A DNA stretch of 64,000 bases from Chiloscyllium plagiosum. Lineage: Eukaryota. Each line of letters begins with the position of its first letter. Within the stretch, counting starts at the first letter, position 1. Shown piece by piece: positions 24,600 through 37,050 of this stretch. Under the pieces are notes generated by a model that had not been told where the DNA came from, did not search any database, and was given only the letters and a program-made list of their open reading frames with translations. The stretch is taken from the NCBI RefSeq assembly GCF_004010195.1, contig NC_057719.1, positions 71,092,831 through 71,156,830 on the forward strand. The letters are read 5' to 3'. The position numbers and the translations under genes are program-made.

Positions 24600-26545
24600 A
24601 ATGCAGATCTGGAATCTGAACTGAAAACAACAAATGCTGGAGAACTCAGCGGGTCAGACAGCATTGATGGAGAGAGAGCAAGCTAATGTTTTGAGTCCGG
24701 GTGTCTCTTCAGACCTGAAGTGAAGTGTGGAGGGGATGGCATTTGTGCTATAGTTTGGGAGGGGTAGGGTTGGGGGTGATGGGTGTAGGGTGCTGATGGA
24801 AACAAAGATGTTGATGGTTTTGATTAAGTGATCAGAATGTGAGAATGACAGAATAATGTGGGATCATCTATTAGACTTGGAAGGATAGTCAGTGGAATGG
24901 GAGTGAGTTGGGGGTGGGGTGGGGGTAACGGGGACATTATAACAAGCTGAGAGAAATGGAACAAATGGGAATTGGCTCAAATTTGAAGAGGTTGAACTGA
25001 ATATGAAGTTCAATATTAAGTCAAGTCTGAAGATGAGACATTATTCCTCCAGTTTGCGCTGTGATTCACTGGAACACTGCAGCATGCCGAGGACAGACAA
25101 TGTGGGCATGCGAGCAGAATGCAGTATTAAAATGAAAGGCTATGGGAAGATCAGGCTCCTGCTTATACACAGACCAGAGATATTCCACAAAGTGGTAATC
25201 CAGTCTGCATTTGGTTTCTCCAATGTAGAGTAGGCCACATTGGGTGCAGCAAATACAATGCACAAGATTGTAGGAAGTTTAGGCCCTTGAATAGTGACCA
25301 GGGAGGAGGTGAAGGGGCAGGTGTTGCACCTTCTGTGGTTGCATGGGAAGGTGTCGTGGGCGGGGGGGGGTTGGTTGGTTTTGGTGGTTGTGGAATGGAC
25401 TAGGGTGTTGCAGAGCGAATGATCCTTGCAAAATGCAGACAGGGGAAGATGAGGAAAAGATGTGTTTGATGATAGTGTTCTTCTGGAGTTATCTGAAATG
25501 GCAGGGAATGGTCCTTTGAATGTGGAGGCCGGTGGGATGAAAAGTGAGGATAAGGGGGATCTGATCATGCTGTTATAAGTGATGGGAAGGGGTACGGGCG
25601 AAAACACGGGTGAGAGGTCAGATGCAGTTGAGGGCTCTGTCAACCACAGTAGTGGGAAGCCACAGTCATGGAAGAAGCAAGCAATGTCAGCAGCGCTGTT
25701 TTAGAAGGTGGCCCTTTCCAAATGGATGCAATGTAGGCAAAAGAACTGGGAGAATGGGATGGAATCCTTGCAGGATGTGGGATGTGAAGAGCTGTAGTGA
25801 GAGTAGCTGTGGGAGTCCGTGACTTTGTAGTGGATGGCAGTGGACAGTCTATTCCCCAAAATGGAGACAGACAGGTCAAGGAAAGGAAATGAAGTGTTGG
25901 AAATGGACAATGTGAAAGTTGTGGAGAGCTGGAAATTGGAGGCAAAATGATGGTCCTGGTGTAAGCATGAAGCAGCACTAAAACAGTCAATGATGTGCTG
26001 AGAAAGAGTTGTGGGAGGGGGCTAGTATAAGAGTGGAACAAGGATTGTTCCACATACCCCGTAAAAAGGCAGGTATAACTGGAATCCATGAGGTATCCAT
26101 AGCCACACCTTTGACTTGGCAAAAGTGAGATGCATTAAAGGAGAAATTGTTCGGTGAGAGAAAACATTCAGCCAAGCAGAGGAGAATGGTGATGGATAGG
26201 GGTTGTTCAGGTCTCTAGTTGAGGAAGAGGCCAAGAGGTCTCACACCATCCTGGTGGGGAATGGAGGTATAGATGTAGTGGACATCCATGGTGAACTGGG
26301 TCAGGAACTGGAAATTGCCAATATGGCAGAGGGCATTGCGGATGTAGGGCGGCAGGGACTGGACAAGTGGAGAGAGGATGGAGTCAAGGTAGGAGGAAAT
26401 GAGCCCAGTGGGGCAGCAACAGGCTGATACTATGGGCCTACTGGGGCACTCTGGTTTGTGGATTTTGGGAAGGAGATAGAAATGGGCTGTCTGCGGGTTG
26501 GAGATTATAAGGTTGGAGGCAGTGGGATTGCACTGGTGGTAGCTC
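24600..26545 (-). mobile_element. Penelope-like retroelement: decayed RT + GIY-YIG + 3' terminal repeat
   Basis: ORFs FYLLPKIHKP..RPIVS...FTMDV..IYTSIPH, NNFSFN..HF.QVKGVAM, FPFLDLSV...YK.TDSHSY, and CICCTQCGLLYIGETKCRL. Confidence 0.9.
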
Positions 26546-27140
26546 ACCAGAAGCTGAGGTCGTACACTGGTTCATCTTCAGAGGAGGATGTCAAGTTGTG
26601 GCTTACAGAGCAACACTGATGTATGAGCTTGGTGCAGGGAAAGTCCTACTCGAAAGCTTGTGCTCCACGTCAAGGAGCATGAAGAGGTTCAGTACCAAAT
26701 TGGTACAGGGCTTTGCACAGAGTTTGGAAACTATTCTTTCGACCATGGATTTGATGGTATTTCATTTGACGTTCTGACCAGGAAAATGGGGCTGAAGAGC
26801 ATGATTGAATGGTATAATTCTTCCCCTATATCATAGAACTTATAACCGGAGCACTGGAAACATTTCTTCCTTTGCATGGCATTTCTTCACATGTACTTTA
26901 TGTACCAATGTGACAGCTATGCCTTGGAATTGTCACCCTGTGGTCAGTGGATATCTGTTGCCACGCAATAATGAGTGTGTAAAAGTAACTGGCATGGCTG
27001 ACTGAAGCTTTATGAAGATATTAAGATGTTAGGCATTTGACCTACGTGGTTATGGCTATGGCCACACACCACTAGGGTGTTATAGTTTTGATTTAAGTCA
27101 AATATTAATATGCAACGTCCATGCAGGAAATTATGCAACC

Positions 27141-28180
27141 TGTTATGATGAAGGATCAGCACCCCGAAATACTTTGACATTTTATACTTTTAATTCTAAA
27201 ATGTAGCGTTGTAAGAGCAGGATTGCTACAGGAAAAAAACCTAAGAATTTAAATTCATTGACTGACTGGTATAGTTTTGCTTGTAGCCAACAGAATGTCA
27301 CATGTCAATTGACAGGGAACTTTCAAGCAATGATAAACATAAAAACACATAATAAGGGCAGATGACATTCACTTCCCTCTCAGCAAAAAAATTACATCTT
27401 CAAGATATGTCTGCGTTACCCTTAAGGAGTGCACAAGAACAGTCATTTAAACAGCCTGGAGTGGACTGATGGGACTGAATGCTCTCCTATGTACCAGTTT
27501 GAGCATTAGTGTGCTGTGAAGGTCACATTTGGAGAACTATCACTTTGTTCCCTAGTGTTACAGTTAAGACCCTCTCTAACTCAGAATGCTGCAAACCAGT
27601 TAAAAATGAAACAATAACATAGGGCTTTCTCACTCTCACCATGAATACTGATATTTAATCAATATTGAAAGGCACCAGAACTACAGAATTCCAATCAATC
27701 TGAAAAACTATGGATCATGAAACTGGCTGTTATCCATCGATGTTGACATTAGCAGTAACCTTCACTGCGAAGCTACAATGTTCAGTTGTCCGCTTTTTGA
27801 GAACAATTCAGAGATTAATCTGTATATCTACTTTTAAAATGTTATCTTTTTGGTCTCACTTTTTAATTTCCAAAAATGTCTGGGTGTTGCATTACTTCTT
27901 CTTGCATTTAGTAATGAATAAACTCCCACTTTTTGTTAATTAAAAAACCTGATTAAATTGACCCCTTTAAAACTGAAGTTCATTTGGGTCTGTGAGAAAT
28001 GTTTCCACAAGGGGCAAGGGATCATTTTTGAATTAACTTTGTTGTGACTATTTGAGAGTTGGATGAATAAAGAAGGGCGAGCCAGTTCATTTCTCCTTTT
28101 CTGGGACCTAAGCAGTTTGGGGTATCTTATCTAGAACCATTAAAAAATTGCAGAATCTTCCCTGGGGTTTGGTCATGACA
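27141..28180 (+). mobile_element. Probable solo LTR (~1 kb)
   Basis: Termini TGTTATGA...TCATGACA (7/8 inverted match), internal AATAAA at ~27917, flanks aacc/aaca as an imperfect 4-bp TSD. Confidence 0.5.
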
Positions 28181-28204
28181 AACACGAACCAAGCTTATTT
28201 CTGT

Positions 28205-28370
28205 CAAAGTTAAAAATCACACAACGCCAGGTTATAGTCCAACAGGTTTATTTGGAAGCACTAGCTTTCGGAGCGCTGCTCCTTCATCAAATAAACCTGT
28301 TGGACTATAAACTGGCGTTGTGTGATTTTTAACTTTGTACAACCCAGTCCAACACCAGCACCTCCAAATT
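28205..28370. mobile_element. Short palindromic Penelope-like derivative (family C)
   Basis: ~48-bp inverted arms flank a minus-strand (U)UGAUGA-A-GGAGC-AGC-GCUCC-GAAAG-CUA/GUG hammerhead core. Confidence 0.8.
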
Positions 28371-28529
28371 ACTGCTGCCAAGAAAGAATGAATTATGTTA
28401 AGCCCTCAATGACGAGAAAGCCTCATTGATCTCCCTTACAATGGCAAACTAGGAAATGTTGTAACAACTTCAGCTCTAGTCTGAAAGCAGTTAGATGCAT
28501 GAAAATTCATAAATTGATCATTTACTTGT

Positions 28530-29124
28530 AAGAAGATTTGAATACAGATATCGCAAAGACTTGTTACAATTGGATAGGAGCCTGTTTAGACCGCACTCGG
28601 AGTACTGTGTGCAGTTTTGGCTTTTTTATCTCAGGGAAGATAGTCCTTTTCTGAGAGGGAGTTCAATGAAGGTTCATCAGATTTGTTCCTGGAATAGTGA
28701 TGAGGGTTTGAGCCAACTGGGCCTGTATTTTCTACAGTTTGGAAGATTGTGAGGTGGTCTCATTGAAAACTACAAAATACTTTCAAGGATAGACAGGGTA
28801 TGTGCAGCAGGTAAGGTGTCTCCCCTTGGTTAAGGAGCTGAGAACCAAATGACACAATTTTAAAATAAGTCACTTTTTATTGAGATGACAAAAGCTATTT
28901 TTTTCTCAGAGGATTGTAAATCTTTTGAATTCTTTACAACTGAGGGCTCTAGACACTCAGTATTTGAGGATGTCTAAAGTAGAGATGATCAGTTGCAGTC
29001 CACCAATAGTGTAAATGTTTATGAGACTGTTATGGGAAAAGTATTTAAAGTGTTTGGTCAGCTATAATGGTCTTAAACAGTGGAGTAGGCTCGACCAGCT
29101 GAATGGCTGAACTCCTATTGCTAT
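28530..29124 (+). mobile_element. Old CR1 LINE 3' fragment
   Basis: ORF LQLDRSLFRPHSEYCVQFW...LSQLGLYFLQFGRL. Confidence 0.8.
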
Positions 29125-29745
29125 TCTGGGAAAGCACAGCAGGTAAGGCAGCATCTGACGAGCAGGAGAATAGATGTTTTGGCATAAGCCTTTCATCAGG
29201 AATGTGGCTTGTGGGCCAGGGGCTGAGAGATAAATGGGAGGTGGGTGAGATTGGGGGTAAGGTAGCTGAGAAAGCAATAGGTGGATAAAGGTGAGGGAGA
29301 AGGTGATAGGTCAGAGGGGAGAAGTGATGGACAGGTTAGGAGGGCGGTGACAGGTTGGAGGCTTGGTTTTGGGATAATGTGGGGGAAGGGGAAATGAGGA
29401 AGCTATTGAAATCCACATTTATCCCATATGCTTGCAGGGTCCCAAGGTGGAATATGAGGTGTTCCTCATTGGGTGGTAATGGTTTTGCAGTGGAGGAGGC
29501 CCAGGACTTGCATGTCCTTGATGGAGTGGGAGGAGGAGTTGAAGTGTTCAGCCATGGGGTGGTGTGGGTTGGTGGGTGGGGGTGTCCCAGATATGTTCAC
29601 TGAAACAATCTCCAACAAGGCGTCCTGCCTCCCCGATATAGAGGAGACCACATTGGGTGCAATGAATGCAGTAGATGACATTGGTAGAGGTACAGGTACA
29701 ACACACTCCTTACTCTGATCTCCAGCATCTGCAGTCCTCACTTTT
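29125..29745 (-). mobile_element. Penelope-like insertion (GIY-YIG remnant + hammerhead-bearing terminal repeat) with a 12-bp TSD
   Basis: Minus strand encodes IYCIHCTQCGLLYIGEAGRL; TSD tcctattgctat at 29113-29124 and 29746-29757. Confidence 0.85.
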
Positions 29746-29894
29746 TCCTATTGCTATGCGCCTATTACAGAGAGAACATCCTTAGTGAGCTACAGATGTC
29801 TCGGGCATTATTTCTCACTGTGATCCAGGTAAGTGAATTTAGACATGAACACCCTGGTAGATACGGCTGCTGCTCAGAGCCTTTCTTACAGAAA

Positions 29895-30655
29895 TGATGT
29901 GAAAGAGCCAGTGTTGGATTGGGGTGGATAAAGTTAAAAATCACACAACACCAGGTTATAGTCCAACAGGTTTATTTGGAAGCACTAGCTTTTGGAGTGA
30001 CGCTCCTTTATCAGGTGGTTGTGGAGTATAAGATCATAAAACACAGAATTTATAGCAAAAGATTACAGTGTACATGATACATTGAATAAACCTGGATTGT
30101 TAAGTCTTTCATCTTCTAGAATGCAGGTTTTGGTTCATTAATATGCCAATCCCAGAACTTCTTTGAAGTCACCTTCTCAGGATAACTTAAGGTTTTATAA
30201 CAAAAGGTGACATTTCAGCTCAGACAATGCATTAAAGGTGTGAGGTTAGTCTGTCTGTATGCCAATCTTGAGTCAGATTGGTTATATTGCCAAAGTGGAA
30301 TTTACAAAATATTACATGGATTGACTGCCTGTATTAACTGCCTACAGATTGTGCATTTTTTGAGCAAAATAGAATGTGTCTGCAAATATAATTCTGTACT
30401 ACAAATTCACCTCATTGACTTGCCTGTGTGTGTGTGCATGAGAGAGCGAGAGAGTGTGTGTGCATGTGAGTGTGACTACACATGCGAGAGTGTGTTTGTG
30501 TGTGTGAAACCTTGGTAAAGTGTGTGACGGAGTATAAGCCTGTGAGAGAGTGTGTGTGTGCGTGGGTGTGAGTGTGGGGTGTGGGGTGTGTGTGCACGTG
30601 TGTGCGCACGTGTGTGTGTGTGGGAGAGAGATAGAGGGTCTGTGTGAGTGTGATT
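29895..30655 (-). mobile_element. Longer family-C Penelope-like non-autonomous element with an internal (TG/GA)n microsatellite
   Basis: Same terminal sequence as 28205 and 3276, with a degenerate hammerhead at ~29982-30018; microsatellite-rich 30425-30650; possible TSD ttctt(a/c)cagaaa. Confidence 0.7.
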
Positions 30656-30924
30656 TCTGACTTCTTCCAGAAACTTATTCTATTCTGCGTTGTCTCTATT
30701 TTGTTCTCCAAGTCATATTGCATTGCACAAAGATTATCTACCAATGCAGCGTATCTGGGAGCATCTAGTTTGTGCAGAAGTGTTGAAGTCTGTAAAACTT
30801 TCACACCATTCCCTGTTGACTTTCACTTAACTATAGAAAGCATATAATAACCATATAGGATCTTACCTAGAGCCAGAAGAAAAATAAATCATTTACTAAG
30901 CTGTGCGTACAGTAGTTGATTATC

Positions 30925-31059
30925 AAGGAGAAAGTGAAGACTGCAGATGCTGTAGATCAGAGTCAAGAGTGAGGTGCTGGAAAAGCGCAGCAGGTCAGGC
31001 AGCATCCGAGGAGCAGGAAAATCGACGTTTCAGGCAAGAGCTCTTCATCAGGAAAGAAG
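30925..31059 (-). mobile_element. Solo ~135-bp hammerhead-bearing Penelope-like terminal unit (family A) with a 13-bp TSD
   Basis: TSD gtagttgattatc at 30912-30924 and 31060-31072. Confidence 0.85.
31020..31054 (-). ncRNA. Minimal type-I hammerhead ribozyme motif (family A)
   Basis: UUC-CUGAUGA-AGAGCUCUUGCCU-GAAAC-GUC/GAUU: core intact, stem II mutated. Confidence 0.65.
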
Positions 31060-32622
31060 GTAGTTGATTATCTGTTTATTGAACACTGGTTGAAAACCTT
31101 TCCTGCTGTTGAAAATGTGATTTACTATACAGCGTTAAGGGAGGAAGTTGCGTTGAGTATGGAGCTCAAGACTGACACAGTTAGCTTCAATTCAGAGTTG
31201 CACACTGACTGTTATATGGCCAAGTTAATATGTATACTTCTGTATGACATTCACTACATATACGAATGTGTATTAATATAGCATTCTCAGGTGAATTACA
31301 CCATCACTGTGCATACACACTTTAGATAATACTTGAGGATCCAAATGACTGTTAGCATATAAAGAAAATGGCACTGACCAGCCCAATTGCTCTCTGTTTA
31401 GATACTTTCTTGCATCGATAACAAAGGAATTATTAAGTCAATGTAGGAATAATGTGAAAATGAGCTAAAATCTTGGCTCTTACATTTGTATGTTACTGTA
31501 AGGGATTTTGATTGCTGCCAACTCTTTGCTGGGTAAAAAAGTCTGAGCATAAAATAATAGACATCTGTTTGTTTTTGAGATTTGGCAAATTGAATTAAAT
31601 ATGTAGATTCAAGAGATATAAAAGTGGTTGACTTTATCAAGTGTTTGAAGTATTGGAACTCTGTTGGGAGTGTTACCATTTAAAGGAGAAATTCAACACC
31701 CAGCAATTAACCAACAGCACTATGCTACAATATTTCATGTTTTTAAACAAACTTGATTGTCAATCAAGAAGAATTAGATAAAATAACTGCTAATACCTTT
31801 ACACATAGCTTATAAAAGTGTATGCTGTAAAATCAATTCTACTTTTCACTTCCCCTCAAGTTTGCTTGTCTTACAAACTGTTGAAAGTTCACTTGCTTTA
31901 TCCAAGACCAGTCTGAACAATATGTCACAACTATCTGGAACTGACTTTGCTTTCTCCCCACTGCTGACTAGATGGAAGACTATGTCATGTGAACCTTTTC
32001 ACTAACCTTTGACTGAGTAACCCTTCAATTACTTTACCCTCTCACCTCTAGATTGCACATCTCAAATATGGTCCTCCCTGTTGCTCCATCACAGATATTT
32101 AAAATATCAGAAAACGTTCTTGTTTTCCATTTGCCCACTGCTATGGTTTAAATCTGCAGCCAAGATGACACAGTTGATTGCTTTTCAATGAGGATTATAG
32201 CAGATTTCTTGGTTTGCCTTCATTTCAACAATACATCCACTCCTTTTTCCCCTTACCAACTTCATTTAGACTGAACACCAGCTACAATTATGAGGATGCA
32301 TCCTGAATGATAGGTCGAGTTTTTAGCCTACATCTGGATTTATTTCTCACCTTCTTTGGAACTACAAACTGTAGAAGACCCAAAGCTGATATAGCCTTTT
32401 AACTGCTTTTCCAAATATTAACGAGTCTTGCCTGCTAGCTATGCTATAACTGAATTCACAAGAGATAACTCGAGCAAATAATCTCACTAAGTTTCACCTA
32501 GCTCCATAGATATGTGACCCAAAAGGTCTGTTCTCAGATAAAAATCACAAATTGTTTTTTTTTATTCCAAAATTGTCCTTAATTCTCGAAACTTACATGA
32601 ATAACTTTTATCGGGTTAGCTG

Positions 32623-32915
32623 TAGATTAGATTAGATTACAGCGCGGAAACAGGCCCTTCGGTCCAACAAGCCCACACTGACCCGCCGAAGCGCAACCCA
32701 CCCATACCCCTACATTTACCCCTTACCTAACACTACGGGCAATTTAGCATGGCCAATTCACCTGACCTGCACATCTTAGGACTGTGGGAGGAAACCCACG
32801 CAGACACGGGGAGAACGTGCAAACTCCACACAGTCAGTCGCCTAAGGCGGGAATTGAACCCAGGTCTCAGGCGCTGTGAGGCAGCAGTGCTAACCACTGT
32901 GCCACCATGCCACCC
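32623..32915 (-). mobile_element. HE1 V-SINE
   Basis: Reverse complement of 9914-10242 with a (tagat)n tail. Confidence 0.95.
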
Positions 32916-32984
32916 ACATGCCAGTAGTTCTTTGTGAAATAAATCCACCTACAGTTTTACAATCTTGCCTTTCTAGCTGTTAAC

Positions 32985-35900
32985 TTAGAGTCAGAGAGAT
33001 GTAAACCCTTCAGTCCAACTCATCCATGCCGACCAGATATCTGAAATTAATCTAGTTCCATTTGCAAGCACTTGGCCTATATCCCTCTAAACTTTTCCTA
33101 TTCACATACCCATTTAAATGTTGTAATTGTACCAGCCTCCACCACTTCCTCTGGCAGTTCATTCCAAACATGCACCACCCTTTGTGTGAAAAAATTGCCC
33201 CTTAGGTTCCTTTTAAATCTTTCCCCTTTCACCTTAAGCCGATGCCCTCTAGTTCTGGATTCTCCCACCCTAGGGGAAAAAAAAGCCTTGACTATTTACT
33301 CTATCCATGCCCCACATGATTTTATAAATCTCTGTAAGATCACCCCACAGCCACCGACACTAGGGAAAACAGCCCTAGCCTATTCAGCCTCTCCCTATAG
33401 CTCAAACCCTCCAACTCTGGCAACATGCTTGTATATCTTTTTTGAAGTCTTTCAAGTTTGACAACATCCTCCCTGTAGGAGGGAGACCAGAATTGCACAC
33501 AATATTCCGAAAGTGGCCTCACCAATGTCCTGTACAGCAACAACATGACCTCCCAACCCCTATACTCAACGATCTGACCAATAAAGGAAACATACCAAAT
33601 GCCTTCTTCACTATCCTATAGAACTGCGATTCCACTTTCAAGGAAATATAAACCTGGACTCCAAGGTCTCTTTGTTCAGCAACACTCCCCAGAATCTTAC
33701 CATTAAGTGCATAACTCCTGCCCTGATTTTCCTTTCCAAAATGCAGCACCTCACATTTATCTAAATTAAACTCCATTTACTACTCCTTGGCCCATTAGTC
33801 CACCTGATCAAGATTCCATTTCACTCTGTCCATACACCCCCAAATTTGGTGTCATCTGAAAACTTACTAACTATTGTTATGGACCAGGCCATTTCAAAAC
33901 ATTTCAACAAAGTAGTTTGGACCCTAATTCTGCTAGTTGTTTTGAGCAGGTGTACAGTAGACATTCCAGGAGTTATTCAGCTGGCCCAACCAAATAGTTT
34001 TAAATGAAACAGAATACATTTGCAAGATTACTGAATGAAACATAGACAAAAGAGAACAGAATGTAGAATTATTTAACCTATCCGAAAACACAACAGATTA
34101 TCCTAACTTCATGATGCTGTTCCAAATATGTGTAACAATCCCCATAAACACTCCTTAACAAAAAAAAAGAAAAATCAAACACAGGGTCTTACAAGAGAGA
34201 TGGCAGAGAGATTCAGTATTGAACACCTTCTTCCATGTAGCTGTTTCTTTGAGCAGCAGCCTCAAAACTGATTGACTGCTTTCTCTGAACAGTCAGACTG
34301 CTCAAACCAAGCCAAACCAAACCAGAGAAAAGCTGAGCTGGGAGAACTGGCCACTCCCCTTTCATTTTACAAGTGTGTTCTTTTTTATTTGAAAGCCTTT
34401 TGCCTGAGGCACTTTCTGTCAGCTATAATCAAATTGACCCTAAATCCCATAAAATCCAGACCTCCTGAAGTCTCTGTGTTTATGACTTTCTGGAAAAAAA
34501 ACCAAGGGCAACATAACTTTGTTAAAAGAGCAGCATCATTACACTATATCTCCTATGTTCACATCCAAATTATTTATTTAAATGACAAAAAGCAATGGAC
34601 TCAGCACTGATCTTTGTGGTGCACCACAGGTCACAGGCCTCGAGTCTGAAAAGCAGCCCTCCACCAACCATCCTCTGTCTTCTACCTTCGAGCCAGTTCT
34701 GTATCCAAATCACTAGATCATCCTGTATTCCATGAGATCTAACCTTACTAATCAGTCTACCATGAGGAACCTTGCCGAATGCCTGACTGAAGTCTATATA
34801 CATCACATTCACCCCCAAATCAATCCTCTTTGTTACTTCAAAAAACTCAATCAAATTTGTGAGACATGATTTCCCATGCACAAAGCCATATTGACTATCC
34901 CTAATCTGTCCTTGTCTTTCCAAATACATGTACATCCTATCCCTCAGCATTCCCTCCAACAACGTGCCTACCACCGAGGTCAGGCTCACTGGTCTATAGT
35001 CCCCTGTCTTGTCCTTACCACGTTTCTTAAACAGTGGCACCATGTTAGCCAACCTCCAGTCTTCCAGCAACTTACCTGTGACTATCGATGATACAAACAT
35101 GTCAGCAAGTGACCCAGCAATCACTTCCCTAGCTTCCCACAGACTTTGTGGGTACATCTGGTCAGGTCCTGGGGATTTATCCACATTAATGCATTTTAAG
35201 ATATCCAGCACTACTCTTCTATAATATGGATATTTTTCAAGATGTCACCATCTATTTCCCCACATTCTGTTTCTTCCATGTCCTTTTCCACAGTAAACAC
35301 TGATGCAAAATGCTTGTTTATTATCTCCTGTGGCTCCACACAAAGGCCGCCTTGCTGATCTTTGAGGGGCCCTATTTTCTCCCTAGTTACCCTTTCGCCC
35401 TTAATGTATTTATAAAATCCCTTTGGATTCTCCTTAACCCTATTTACCAAAGCTATCTCATGTCCCCTTTTTGCCCTCCTGATTCCCCTCTTAAGTATGC
35501 TCCTACTGCCTTTACGTTTTCAGGATTCACTCGATCTATCCTGTCTACACTTGACATAAGCTTCCTTCTTTGTCTTGATCAAAACCTCAATTTCTCCAGT
35601 TATCCAGCATTCCCTACGTCTACCAATCTTTCCTTTCTCCCTAAAAGGAATATACTATCTCTGGACTCGCATTATCTCACTTTTGAAGGCTTCCTATTTT
35701 TCTCCGTTCCTTAACCTGCGAACATCTACTCCCAATCAACATTTGAAAGTTCTTACCTAATACCAACAAAATTTTCCTTCGTCCAATTTAGAACTTCAAC
35801 TTTTAAATCCAGTCTATCCTTTTCCATCACTATTTTAAAATTAATAGAATAATGGTCACTGGCCCAAAAGTGCTCCCCCACCGACACCTCAGTCACCTGC

Positions 35901-37050
35901 CCTATCTCATTTCCCAAGAGTAGGTCAAGTTTTGCACCTTCTCTCAAAGGTGCATCCACATTCTGAATCAGAATTTTTATTTGTATACACTTAACATTTT
36001 CCTCTCCATATAAACCCTTGACACTTTGGCAGTCCCAGTCTATGTTTGGCAAGTTAAAATCCCCTACCATAACCACCCATTATCCTTACAGATAACTGAG
36101 ATCTCCTTGCAAATTTGTTTCTCACTGACTTTTGGTTGGATCTATAGTAAAATTCCAATAAAATACTCATCCCATTCTTATTTCTGAGTTCCACTCAAAT
36201 AACATCCCTTGACATATTCTGAGGACAAACCTCCCTCAGTACAGCCGTAATATTATCCCTTATCAAAAATGCCACTCCCCCTGCGCTCTCTCTCTCACCC
36301 TACCCCTTTTCTATCCTTCCTGCAGTATTTGTATTCTGGAACATTAAGCTGCCAATCCTGTCCATTCCTGAGCCACGTCTCTGTAATTGCTATAATATCC
36401 TAGTCCCGTGTTTCTAACCATGCCCAGAGTTCATCTGCCTTCCCTGTTAGGTGTGCTGTATTGAAGTAAATGCAGTTTAATTTATCAGTCCTACCTTGTT
36501 CTCTGCTTTCTTCTTGCTTGCCCTGACTGTTTGACTTGTTCCTTTTCCCAACTGTACCAGTCTCAGATTGATCTCTTTCCTCACTATTTCCCTGGGATCG
36601 CCCCCCCCACCCTGCCACCTTATTAGTTTAAATTCTCCCGAGCAGCTCTAGCAAATCTCCCTGCCAGCAGATTAGTCACTTTCCAATTCAGGTGCAATCC
36701 ATCCATCTTGTACAGGTCACTTCTACACTAGAAGAGATTTCAATGATCCAATAATGTGAATCCTTCTCCCATACACCAGCTCCTCAGCCATGCATCCATC
36801 TGCTCTCTCCTCCTATTCCTACCCTCACTAGCTCGTAACACCAGAAGTAATCCAGATATTACTACTCTCGAGGACCTCCTTTTAAAATTCCTGCCTAACT
36901 TGCTATATTCTCCTTTGAGAATCTCATCCTTGTCCCTTCCTATGTCATTAGTCCCAATGTGTACAATGACCTCCTGCTGGTCTCTCTCCCCTTTGAGAAT
37001 ATTCTGCACCTTTTCTGAGATATCCTTGTTCCTGCATGAGGGAGGCAACA
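32985..37050 (-). mobile_element. Near-full-length CR1/HER1 LINE (ORF1 esterase, ORF2 EN + RT), frameshifted and split by a solo LTR
   Basis: ORF1-like VIVHIGTNDIGR (SGNH) at 36740-37051; endonuclease MVGDFNLPNIDW...LDLLL...SDH at 35753-36076; RT KSPGPD...YRPVSLTSVVG...SQYGFV.GKSCLTNL at 34570-35211; C-terminus 33340-33776. Confidence 0.95.
33875..34543 (-). mobile_element. Solo LTR (669 bp) with a 4-bp TSD
   Basis: TGTTATG...CATTACA termini; TSD ctat at 33871-33874 and 34544-34547; the CR1 host is continuous once it is removed (compare ~58940-58975). Confidence 0.85.

Larger units (their letters stand above)
22440..27000 (+). mobile_element. Fragmented probable Harbinger Myb/SANT accessory-gene fossil (pieces ~22440-23030, 23900-24010, 24425-24600, 26540-26760)
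   Basis: QCHKKF-encoding remnant at ~22533 and a TGG-type remnant at ~22881; split by CR1 and Penelope insertions. Assignment is an inference. Confidence 0.35.

Noticed and set aside
30412..30804. Minus-strand ORF with protein-like segment TSTLLHKLDAPRYAALVDNLCAMQYDLENKIETTQNRISFWKK
   Set aside because: No recognisable homology, weak acceptor, no donor, and the frame runs into a microsatellite repeat
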